A stretch of DNA of 62,063 nucleotides, counting the filler. It is 7 parts of 7 records of this genome, joined end to end, with 100 filler letters (N's around TTAATTAATTAA, not from the genome) between each part and the next. Parts side by side here need not be neighbours in the genome. Positions count along the whole stretch, not along the records: positions 45,588 to 56,481 come from DRR723986_17358; positions 56,582 to 62,063 come from DRR723986_17385; 5 more parts are not named here. One strand, written 5' to 3'. The number at the start of each line of letters is the position of its first letter. Position 1 is the stretch's first letter. Shown piece after piece: positions 54,390 to 62,063 of the stretch. Below the pieces are notes generated by a model. The model was given only the letters and a program-made list of their open reading frames with translations. It was not told where the DNA came from and searched no databases. A program made the translations under genes and the position numbers.

Positions 54390-54720
54390 GATGGCCTCCT
54401 GGATTGTGGCCGCCCTGATCGGCGCAGCATTCGTGTAGCAGATAGTCGGACAAGCGGCGGATCTGGTCATAGTCCACGGCGCAGATGATGCGGCGCCCGT
54501 CGCGGCGCTGTTGCAGCAACCCGGCTGAAACCATCTGCTTGAGATGATGGGTCAGGACGGATCCGGTGATGCCCGCAGCTTCCCCCAACTCACCGATCGG
54601 CAAGCCCTCGGGCCCCGCGCGCACAAGGCGGCGCAGGATGGACAGCCGCTGTTCAGAGCCGAGAGCCGCGAAGGCTGAAGCTGCGAAGGTGAGGGCGGGA
54701 AGGTCGGGATTCTGTTTCAT
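54382..54720 (-). CDS. arsR: ArsR/SmtB regulator with C-terminal vicinal CC
   Basis: FAALGSEQRL.I.R.LV.AGPEG, LTHHLK...AGL..QRRDGR, YL..ECC; start reassigned to ATG 54720. Confidence 0.88.
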   Translation of the reverse strand: MKQNPDLPALTFAASAFAALGSEQRLSILRRLVRAGPEGLPIGELGEAAGITGSVLTHHLKQMVSAGLLQQRRDGRRIICAVDYDQIRRLSDYLLHECCADQGGHNPGGHHG

Positions 54721-54756
54721 GATTCTATAATTATAGAAATAACGAAATGATGTCCA
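54721..54756 (-). promoter_or_regulatory. arsR promoter with palindromic operator
   Basis: Minus strand TGGACA-N17-TAATTA-N7-ATG; perfect palindrome TTCTATAATTATAGAA at 54723-54738. Confidence 0.7.
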
Positions 54757-54996
54757 GCTTATAGTTTGGTCAGGACCGCTTGACTTCGTTATTGCCTGAA
54801 CGAACGTTTGTGGTGCGTCGTGGGGACGACGGCCCTCCGATATGTCTGGATGATGCGGTGACCCCGACCGGTGTCCATGGCAGTGCGTGCGCGAAGGCTC
54901 CCCTTTCAAGGGGATTTTGAGCGTGCGCACCCCCGGATCGGCGCCGAATGGCGACGAGACCTTTCCTTTCCGCCCCGGCCGCGCTTTGCTGTAACG

Positions 54997-55590
54997 ATGA
55001 GCTTTGACCTACTGGCGCAGGATATCGCTGCCTGCCGCCTCTGTGCAGATCGTTTCGCCGCAACCCAAACGGCCCATGCCCCGCGCCCGGTGCTGTGGGC
55101 ACGACCCGGTGCGCGGATCCTGATTGCCGGGCAGGCACCGGGGATGCGGGTTCATCACTCCGGCAGGCCGTTCACCGACCCGTCAGGGGATCGGCTGCGC
55201 GACTGGATGGGGGTGGAAGAGGGCGTGTTTTATGACCGATCTCGCATCGCAATCGTGCCCATGGCCTTCTGCTTTCCCGGCTACAACGCCAAGGGCGCGG
55301 ATCTGCCGCCGCCGCCGATCTGCGCGCGGACCTGGCGCCGCCGGGTGCTTGAAACGCTGCCGCAGATCGCGGTGACGCTGCTGGTCGGCGGTCATGCCCA
55401 AGCCTGGCACCTGCCGGGCAAAGCCAATGTCACCGCCCGCGTCGCTGCGTGGCGCGACCATGCGCCCCGTGTCATCCCCTTGCCCCATCCGTCCTGGCGC
55501 AATACCGCATGGTTGAAGCGGAACCCGTGGTTCGAGGCAGAACTGCTGCCCGTCCTGCGCGCCCGAATCCGAGAGGTGCTGACGCCATGA
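54997..55590 (+). CDS. Uracil-DNA glycosylase family protein
   Basis: CRLC, GQAPG, F.DPSGDRLRDW, FCFPG, LPHPSWRN. Confidence 0.9.
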   Translation: MSFDLLAQDIAACRLCADRFAATQTAHAPRPVLWARPGARILIAGQAPGMRVHHSGRPFTDPSGDRLRDWMGVEEGVFYDRSRIAIVPMAFCFPGYNAKGADLPPPPICARTWRRRVLETLPQIAVTLLVGGHAQAWHLPGKANVTARVAAWRDHAPRVIPLPHPSWRNTAWLKRNPWFEAELLPVLRARIREVLTP

Positions 55591-56375
55591 CAGAAATAAC
55601 CCCGATTGATGCCGCGCTGATCGCGATGACCGCCACGCCCGAAGATGACGCGCTTCGATTGCGCTTTTACGAACGGCTGGCAGATAGCGAACTGTTCCTT
55701 GCGCTCGATGGAGAGCCGGGCGAAGATCAGGTCACGCCACAGATTTTCCCCGTCGAAGGCGCAAGCTATGTTCTTGTTTTCGATCGGGAAGAACGCCTTG
55801 CCGACTTTGCCGAGGGCACCGCGCCCTATGCGGTTCTATCGGGGCGCGGATTGGCCGCGATGCTGGCCGGGCAGGGGATCGGGCTGGCCGTGAACCCCGG
55901 GTGCGAGGCGTCGCTGCTTGTTCCCGCCAATGCGGTGGACTGGCTTGCCGAGACGCTGGCCGAGGCCCCGGACGAGGTTGAGGAAACGCCCGAAGAGGTC
56001 AGCGCCCCGGTCGGGTTGCCAGAGGCGTTGATCACCGCCCTGGACGCAAAACTCGTGACAGCTCAGGGGCTTGCGCGACTGGCCTATCTGTGTGGCGTGA
56101 CCTACGCAGGCGGTCGGAGATCGCATCTTCTGGCTTTTGTTGATCCGGTTCCGGGGGCGGAATCGGCGCTGGCGCGAGCGGCGGGAGAAGCTTTGACCTT
56201 TTCGGGCATCGAGGCGGGGGTGATGGATGTGGGGTTCTTCCGCGCGTCCGATCCGGTTTGTGCGTCGATTGCGAAAACAGGGCTCCGTTTCGATCTGCCA
56301 CAGTCGCAAGCGTCTGAAAAACGGCCAGGGTCAGCGCCGGGGATGGATCCGGATCGACCGCCGAAACTGCGCTGA
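55587..56375 (+). CDS. SseB-family protein
   Basis: RLRFYERL..SELF, FDREERL..F, GLAVNP; ATGA overlap with the UDG gene. Confidence 0.8.
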   Translation: MTEITPIDAALIAMTATPEDDALRLRFYERLADSELFLALDGEPGEDQVTPQIFPVEGASYVLVFDREERLADFAEGTAPYAVLSGRGLAAMLAGQGIGLAVNPGCEASLLVPANAVDWLAETLAEAPDEVEETPEEVSAPVGLPEALITALDAKLVTAQGLARLAYLCGVTYAGGRRSHLLAFVDPVPGAESALARAAGEALTFSGIEAGVMDVGFFRASDPVCASIAKTGLRFDLPQSQASEKRPGSAPGMDPDRPPKLR

Positions 56376-56481
56376 TCCCATGCCCTTTCGCCGTGGCTTC
56401 GCCCCGTCGATCCGCGTGCCCGCGATGCGGGCGGGGGCCTGATTTCAGCCCGGTGCCACCCGTACACCCCCTGTACACCCC

Positions 56482-56581
56482 NNNNNNNNNNNNNNNNNNN
56501 NNNNNNNNNNNNNNNNNNNNNNNNNTTAATTAATTAANNNNNNNNNNNNNNNNNNNNNNNNNNNNNNNNNNNNNNNNNNNN
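56482..56581. other. Artificial contig spacer
   Basis: N-run + TTAATTAATTAA + N-run. Confidence 0.98.
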
Positions 56582-58314
56582 CGCTGCAGCGACAGCCATT
56601 CGGCGGTATGGGCGGGCAGTTCGGGCCAGCGGTCCTGCTGGAACATCCGCAGGATGCGGTGCGACAGTTGCGTGGAGGTGGCGAACTTGGTGCCCATGAA
56701 GGTGGCGATCTTGGGCTTCTTCGCCGCGTCCCGCGTGACCTCGACCACCAGTTCGCGCAGCCCTTCGTAGCGTACGATCTGCCCGCCGATCAGGAAGGTG
56801 TCGCCCTTGGTCAGGCTCGCGGCGAAGCCTTCCTCGATCTCGCCCAGGGGCGCGCCGCCGCGTCCGCGCCATTTGACCTTCAGCGTGTCGGTGTCCTGAA
56901 TCGTGCCGACGTTCTGCCGGATGCGCACCGCCGAGCGCGGGTCACGCAACTGCCACAGCCCGTCCTCGCGCTGCTTCAGCCGCTGCCACTGGTCATAGGC
57001 GCGCAGGGCATAGCCGCCGGTGGCGCAAAAGTTCAGGCAATCGTCGAAGGAGGCGCGGGTCAGCCCGGCATAGGGCCCGGCGCTGGCCATCTCTTGGTAA
57101 AGGGCGTCCGCGTCGAAGGGCCCCGAGGCGGCGGCGATCAGGATATGCTGGCACAGCACGTCGCGCGGCCCCGGCCCGCGCGGGTCGCCGTCGAGGTCAT
57201 GCGCCTTCACCGCCTCCAGCGCGGCGACGCATTCCACCACCTCGAAGCGGTTGGCGGGCACCAGCAGCGCCTTGGAGGGCGCGTTGTAGTGGTGGTTCGC
57301 CCGCCCGATCCGCTGTACCAGCCGCTTGACGTTCTTCGGCGCGCCGATCTGGATCACCAGATCGACGTCGCCCCAGTCGATGCCAAGGTCCAGAGAGCCG
57401 GTGCAGACGATGGCGCGCAGCTCTCCGCGCACCATGGCGGCCTCCACCTTCTCGCGCTGGCTGCGATCCAGGGACCCGTGGTGGATGCCGATGGGCAGCG
57501 CCTCTTCGTTGGCGAGCCAGAGGTTGTGAAAGAAGATCTCGGCCTGCGCGCGCGTGTTGTGGAAGATCAGCGTGGTGCGGTGTCGCTTCACCTCGTCCAG
57601 CACGGCGGGGATGGCATAGGCCGCGCCGCCCCCGGCCCATGGCGGGGCCTGCTCCGTTTCCAGCATGCGGATGTCGGGTTCCGGCCCCGGGTCGGCGGTG
57701 AGGATCTCGCAGGGGTCCGGATGGCGTGCCAGCAGCGAGGCCACCGCCCCCGGGTCCTCGACCGTCGCCGACAGGCCCACGCGCCGCAGCCCCGGGGCCA
57801 GTTCTTGCAGACGGGCAAGGGCCAGCATCAACTGGTCGCCGCGCTTCGACTCGGCCAGCGCGTGGATCTCGTCCACCACCACCCGTTGCAGCCCGGCAAA
57901 GGTCCGCGCGGCATCCTCGTAAGAGGTCATCAGCGCCAGCGATTCCGGCGTCGTCAGCAGGATATGCGGCGGGTCGGCCCGCTGCCGCCGCTTCTTGGCG
58001 TAAGAGGTGTCGCCGGTGCGGTCCTCGACCCGGATCGGCAGGCCCGCCTCTTCGATGGGGATCAACAGGTTGCGCCTTATGTCCGCCGCGAGGGCCTTCA
58101 GCGGGCTGACGTAGAGCGTGTGCAGACCCGGCCGCCCGCCCTCGGCCAGTTCCGTCAGTGTGGGCAGGAAGCCGGCCAGCGTCTTGCCGCCGCCGGTGGG
58201 CGCGATCAGCAGGAGCGCGGGCGCGCCCGCCCGGTCGAGCATGGCGCGTTGGTGGGGATGCACCGACCAGCCGCGCCGGTCGAACCATCCCTGAAGGGGG
58301 GCAGGCAGGTCCAT
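56582..58314 (-). CDS. Ligase-associated Lhr-like DEXH-box helicase (3' truncated)
   Basis: APTGGGKT, YVSPLKAL, RTGDT, TTPESL, DEIH, LSAT, HHGSL, LDLGID.G, QRIGRANH. Confidence 0.93.
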
Positions 58315-58431
58315 CGTGCGGATATAATCCGCCCCGAACGAAAGCAAAACGCCGGCGCCGCTCCTCCGCAGGCCAAGGGGCCATTCCCCCTCGGCTATCA
58401 GGTGTGCCCAACCCCTCGAGGGCGGGTCCGG

Positions 58432-59364
58432 TCAGCTTTCCTCGAGCCGGTCCGTGGCCGGGGGCGGGGTGGGGCTGAGCGCCGAAAGCCGCGCGTAAAG
58501 CGCGTCGTCCATCGCGTAGCCCATGCCGTCGAGCGAGGGTTGCAGCTGCTCGACCGAGCGGGCCGAGAGGATGGGGTGCGGCTTGGCCGCGTGGCGCGCG
58601 GCCCATGCCACCGCAAGGGTCGCCGAATGGGTGCCAAGCTCGCGCGCCACGTTCTCCAGCGCGGCGGCGGTGTCATGCATGGAGCCTTCGCGGTAGCGGC
58701 TGGCGTACATGTCGTTCTCTGTCAGGCGCCCGGTCTCTCCGCGCGCGTACTTGCCGCTGAGCAGCCCGCCGCCCAGCGGCGAATAGGGAACCGGCACGAT
58801 GCCCTCGGAAGCGCACATCGGCAGAATCTCGACCTCGGCCTGCCGCTTCACGAGGTTGTACATGGGCTGGATCACGTCGATCCGCGTGCCAAAGCTTTCG
58901 GCCACGCGCTGCGCCTTCATCACCTGCCACGCGGCATAGTTCGACACGCCGACATAGCGGATCTTGCCGGCCTGCTGCAGCTCGGCCAGCGCCTGAAAGG
59001 TCTCCTCCAGCGGGGTCTCGCCGTCCCAGCGGTGCATGTAGAGCAGGTCGACCACGTCCATGCCAAGGCGCGTGCGGCTTTCGTCGAAGCTTTCGAGGAT
59101 GCCGGTGCGGCTGGCGCCGCGCGCGTAATCGGCCTTGGTGGCGATGAAGAGATCCTCGCGCGCGGTGGTGGCGGCGAAGCGGCCGAGGAAGGTTTCCGAG
59201 GTCCCGCCGGTGTAGACGTAGGCGGTGTCGAAATGCGCGATGCCCGCAGCGCGGCAGGCGTCGAAAAGGGCGCGGCTTGCGGTCTCGTCGGCCTTGCCGC
59301 CGAATTGCATGGTGCCGAAGGCGAAGGGGGCGGGCGTGGCGCCCGAGAGCGTGGTCAATGTCAT
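58432..59364 (-). CDS. Aldo/keto reductase
   Basis: FGTMQFG, FDTAYVY, IATK, DLLYMH, GKIRYVGVSN, YSPLGGGLL. Confidence 0.93.
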   Translation of the reverse strand: MTLTTLSGATPAPFAFGTMQFGGKADETASRALFDACRAAGIAHFDTAYVYTGGTSETFLGRFAATTAREDLFIATKADYARGASRTGILESFDESRTRLGMDVVDLLYMHRWDGETPLEETFQALAELQQAGKIRYVGVSNYAAWQVMKAQRVAESFGTRIDVIQPMYNLVKRQAEVEILPMCASEGIVPVPYSPLGGGLLSGKYARGETGRLTENDMYASRYREGSMHDTAAALENVARELGTHSATLAVAWAARHAAKPHPILSARSVEQLQPSLDGMGYAMDDALYARLSALSPTPPPATDRLEES

Positions 59365-59559
59365 GGCGCGGAGGCTGCCACGGTCCGCGCGCCGGGCCAA
59401 GCGAAAACCGCCGCGCCGGGGCCCGCGTTCGGGCGGGGGCCTGTCCGCTCCTAGTGCCGGGCTGACGGTTGGGCCAGCCGACGCCGCAAGCGGGGCGCGC
59501 GTTTCCCGCACGCGCCGTGTCGGCCCGGCCCCTAACGCCTTTGCTGCCGCGCCAAGGCG

Positions 59560-61182
59560 TCAGCTGTCGGAGTGGAACTCTTCCAACTCGGGGCGGGTGC
59601 CGATGGTGATATGGTCGATATCCTCCATAGCGAAGCCCCGGATCAGCGAGGGGATCATCATGCAGACCAGCACGAAGATGGGCAGGCCCACGACGGTGAT
59701 GACCTGTTGCAGCGCGTCCAGCCCGGCGTCGCCCGCAAGCACGATCAACATGGCCGCGACCAGCCCCTCTGCCGCGCCCCAGAAGACTCGCTGCCCGACT
59801 GGGCCGGGTTCCGGCGAGCCGGTGCAGAGCATGTCGACCACAAGGCTGGCCGAGTCCGACGAGGTGGCGAAGAAGATCGCCACGATGACCACGGCAAAGC
59901 CCTGCACGAAGGTGGTGAAGGGGAAGTGCTCGAAGAAGGCGAACATCGCCAGCGGCACGCTTTCCGCGACGGCCGCGCTGATCTGGCCGGCCTCCTCGCC
60001 CATGGCGGCGCGGGCGGCGACGCCGAGGCCGTCGAACTCCATCGCCTGCCAGCCGAAGATGGCGAACCAGATCAGCGTGAAGAGCGAGGGCGCCATCAGC
60101 ACGCCGAAGACGAATTCCCGGATCGTCCGCCCGCGCGAGATCCTCGCCACGAACAGCCCGATGAAGGGCGACCACGTCACGGTCCAAGCCCAGTAGAAGA
60201 CGGTCCAGCCGCCTTGCCAGCCCCATGTGTCGGTGTTCGGATTGTTGTTCGCCAGCATGTCGTTCCAGAAGGCGAGACGGGGCAGGTTGCCCAGATACAG
60301 GCCAAAGGTCTCGACGATGCCGCGCAGCAGGAACAGGGTCGATCCGCAGACCAGTACGAAGACCATCAGCGCCACGGCCATGCCGATGTTGAGGTTCGAC
60401 AGCACCTTCACGCCCTTGTCGAGCCCCACGACGATGGAGCCGACGGCGACGAAGGTCAGCACCGTCAGGATCAGGACCTTGACGGTCGCGCCGTCACCCG
60501 TGCCGAACAGCTCGTTCAGGCCCGCGGCGATCTGGCTGGACCCAAGCCCGAGAGAAACCGCGACCCCGAAGAGCGTGCCGAGGATGGCGGCCACGTCGAT
60601 GGCCTTTCCCACGGGGCCGTGGATGCCTTCGCGCAGGAGCGGGTAGAACACCGAGGACACGCGCACCGGCAGTTCGTAGCGGTTGATGAAATAGGCGAAG
60701 GCGAGGCCCGGCAGGGTGAAGATCGTCCACGTGTGCAGGCCAAGGTGGTAGATGGCGATGGACATGGCATCCCGCGCCGCCTGTTCGGTATAGGGCTCGA
60801 CGCCGGGCAGGGGCGGCGCCGAGAAATGCGAGATCGGCTCTGCCACGCCCCAGAACATCAGCACTGTGCCGATGCCGCCCGCAAAGAGCATCGTGAACCA
60901 CGACAGGTTGGAGAACTCGGGCCGCGATCCCTTTGGCCCGAGGCGGATATGCCCGTGCCGGGAGGCGGCGGCCCAGATCAGGAAACCCAGCCAGACGTTG
61001 ACGCCAAGGATGAAGAACCAGCCCAGATTGGTGACGATCCACGCGCGCCCGGCGGCGAAGGCGGCGCCGATGGCGTCCGGCGCAATGACGAGGGCCAGAA
61101 CGAAGACAAGGGTGAAGCCGGCGGAGGCAAAGAAGATGGTCGGGTCGGTGCGCAGACCGAGTTTCCGGGCGAGCTGTTCCAC
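59560..61182 (-). CDS. BCCT-family transporter (divergent binding motifs)
   Basis: About 12 TM helices, PEFS..SWF.MLF, FWGVAEP, WTVFYWAW...WSPF.GLF.ARISRGRTIREF, TSSDS. Confidence 0.93.
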   Translation of the reverse strand: MEQLARKLGLRTDPTIFFASAGFTLVFVLALVIAPDAIGAAFAAGRAWIVTNLGWFFILGVNVWLGFLIWAAASRHGHIRLGPKGSRPEFSNLSWFTMLFAGGIGTVLMFWGVAEPISHFSAPPLPGVEPYTEQAARDAMSIAIYHLGLHTWTIFTLPGLAFAYFINRYELPVRVSSVFYPLLREGIHGPVGKAIDVAAILGTLFGVAVSLGLGSSQIAAGLNELFGTGDGATVKVLILTVLTFVAVGSIVVGLDKGVKVLSNLNIGMAVALMVFVLVCGSTLFLLRGIVETFGLYLGNLPRLAFWNDMLANNNPNTDTWGWQGGWTVFYWAWTVTWSPFIGLFVARISRGRTIREFVFGVLMAPSLFTLIWFAIFGWQAMEFDGLGVAARAAMGEEAGQISAAVAESVPLAMFAFFEHFPFTTFVQGFAVVIVAIFFATSSDSASLVVDMLCTGSPEPGPVGQRVFWGAAEGLVAAMLIVLAGDAGLDALQQVITVVGLPIFVLVCMMIPSLIRGFAMEDIDHITIGTRPELEEFHSDS

Positions 61183-61675
61183 GAAATCTGTCCCTTGTAT
61201 TGAAAGCGTCTTTAGGGGTGCAACGCAGAGGAGAGTGCGTGGTTCCTGAATTCTTTAACAAAGGTTAGGGTTTGCGATGGGGCGGCAGGCTGTCTGAGAC
61301 AGTCCGAGCGATCGGTGATGGCCGCAGATCTTTCCTGAAAGATGACGTCCTGAGCGATCTCGCCCCCCATGATCTCGGGACGATGCGATCCACCACCCGG
61401 CGCAAAATCAAGGCGGAGCCGCCGCGCCATCGCCGGGTCGTACCGGGGCCCGGCGATTTGGCCGATGTTGGCGCGACCTGTCTGAATCCGGACGGACTTG
61501 GCGCGGATGAACTGCCTTCCTGAAACCGAAGGGTCGCCTGACCACGGCCCTGCGATGGCGCGGCTCACCAATTCAGGAAAGCTGCCGTTCTCGGCGTGCG
61601 ATGCAGACGCCCCCGGGCTTTCCGTCGGGAGCACATCTCGACGCGAGCGGTGAGATGTCTTCCCGAGCGGAAACG

Positions 61676-61704
61676 AAAAAGCCCCCGAAGTCTCCTCCGG
61701 GGGC
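61676..61704 (-). terminator. Rho-independent terminator after the BMP gene
   Basis: Minus strand GCCCCCGGAG-GAGA-CTTCGGGGGC followed by TTTTT. Confidence 0.85.
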
Positions 61705-61732
61705 GTCAGGTCGAACCGTATCGGCCTTGGGT

Positions 61733-62063
61733 TTACTGCGGCACTTCCGCGTCGATGCCTTCGACGTAGAACAGCATGCTGGCCAGATCGCCGTCGTTGG
61801 CGACCTCACCCTCGGCGAGCCACGGCGTGCCGTCGGCCTTGTTGATCGGGCCGGTGAAGGGGTGGTACTCGCCCGAGGCGATCGCCTCCTTCATGGCCAG
61901 GGCCTCTTCCTTGACCTCGGCGGGCACCGCGTCGGTGATCTCGCCGATCCCGACCATGCCGGTCGAGATGCCGTCCCACGTGTCCTTCGACTCCCATGTG
62001 CCGTCCATGACCGCCTGCACGCGCTCGATGTAATAGGGCGCCCAGTTGTCGATGATCGAAGAC
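61733..62063 (-). CDS. BMP-family ABC transporter substrate-binding protein, C-terminal part (5' truncated)
   Basis: IIDNWAPYYI...DGTW...WDG...HPFTGPI..DG...M.FYVEGI is the characteristic BMP C-terminus. Confidence 0.85.
   Translation of the reverse strand, partial: SSIIDNWAPYYIERVQAVMDGTWESKDTWDGISTGMVGIGEITDAVPAEVKEEALAMKEAIASGEYHPFTGPINKADGTPWLAEGEVANDGDLASMLFYVEGIDAEVPQ

Noticed and set aside
54997..58314. UDG, SseB and Lhr helicase as a defence or repair island
   Set aside because: They are on different fragments separated by a spacer, and each is an ordinary conserved gene.
56608..59454. 948-aa plus-strand ORF
   Set aside because: Antisense shadow of the Lhr helicase and aldo/keto reductase in high-GC DNA; no recognisable motifs.

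Overview
This window is not one locus. It is seven unrelated fragments joined by six artificial 100-nt spacers (N-run + TTAATTAATTAA + N-run), so adjacency across a spacer means nothing. All fragments look alphaproteobacterial; the lineage calls come from gene content and synteny and are inference. (1) 1-8513, Hyphomonas/Caulobacterales-like: OmpR-type two-component pair, glnE, an exported EF-hand protein / ECF sigma / anti-sigma / Spy-CpxP-like sensor module, amidase, GFA protein. (2) 8614-20877: aromatic-acid catabolic cluster with TctA, PrpF/LigU, a ThDP enzyme, a 2-hydroxyacid dehydrogenase, RraA-like aldolase, TauE, dienelactone hydrolase, TAXI-TRAP, LigI, LysR and a DUF1932 oxidoreductase. 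(3) 20978-27348: T1SS ABC/HlyD, aa3 oxidase subunit IV, lipoprotein, a degenerate 36/42-nt tandem array, azlCD, fdhD, a Bsr-like deaminase, mobAB. (4) 27449-38266: eno, Fur/Mur, a DEAD-box helicase with a long structured leader, SelO, desaturase, anmK, tyrS. (5) 38367-45487: GlxA regulator, class II DAHP synthase, PAS protein, yicC-gmk, gamma-CA, PLP trans-sulfuration enzyme, PhoR-like kinase. (6) 45588-56481: tRNA-Gln, BON-MscS, PMM/PGM, kdsA, kpsE/kpsT, nhaA, arsR-permease, UDG, SseB. (7) 56582-62063: Lhr-type helicase, aldo/keto reductase, a divergent BCCT, BMP protein. Most of the content is conserved housekeeping. The best leads are the palindrome-rich intergenic array (23733-24066), the interlocked rraA/tauE gene arrangement and unusual enzyme set in fragment 2, the EF-hand/ECF module, the Bsr-like deaminase inside the fdhD-mobA operon, and the structured DEAD-box leader. 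No CRISPR array, transposase, integrase or rRNA was seen. All calls are from visual motif recognition; no searches were run.
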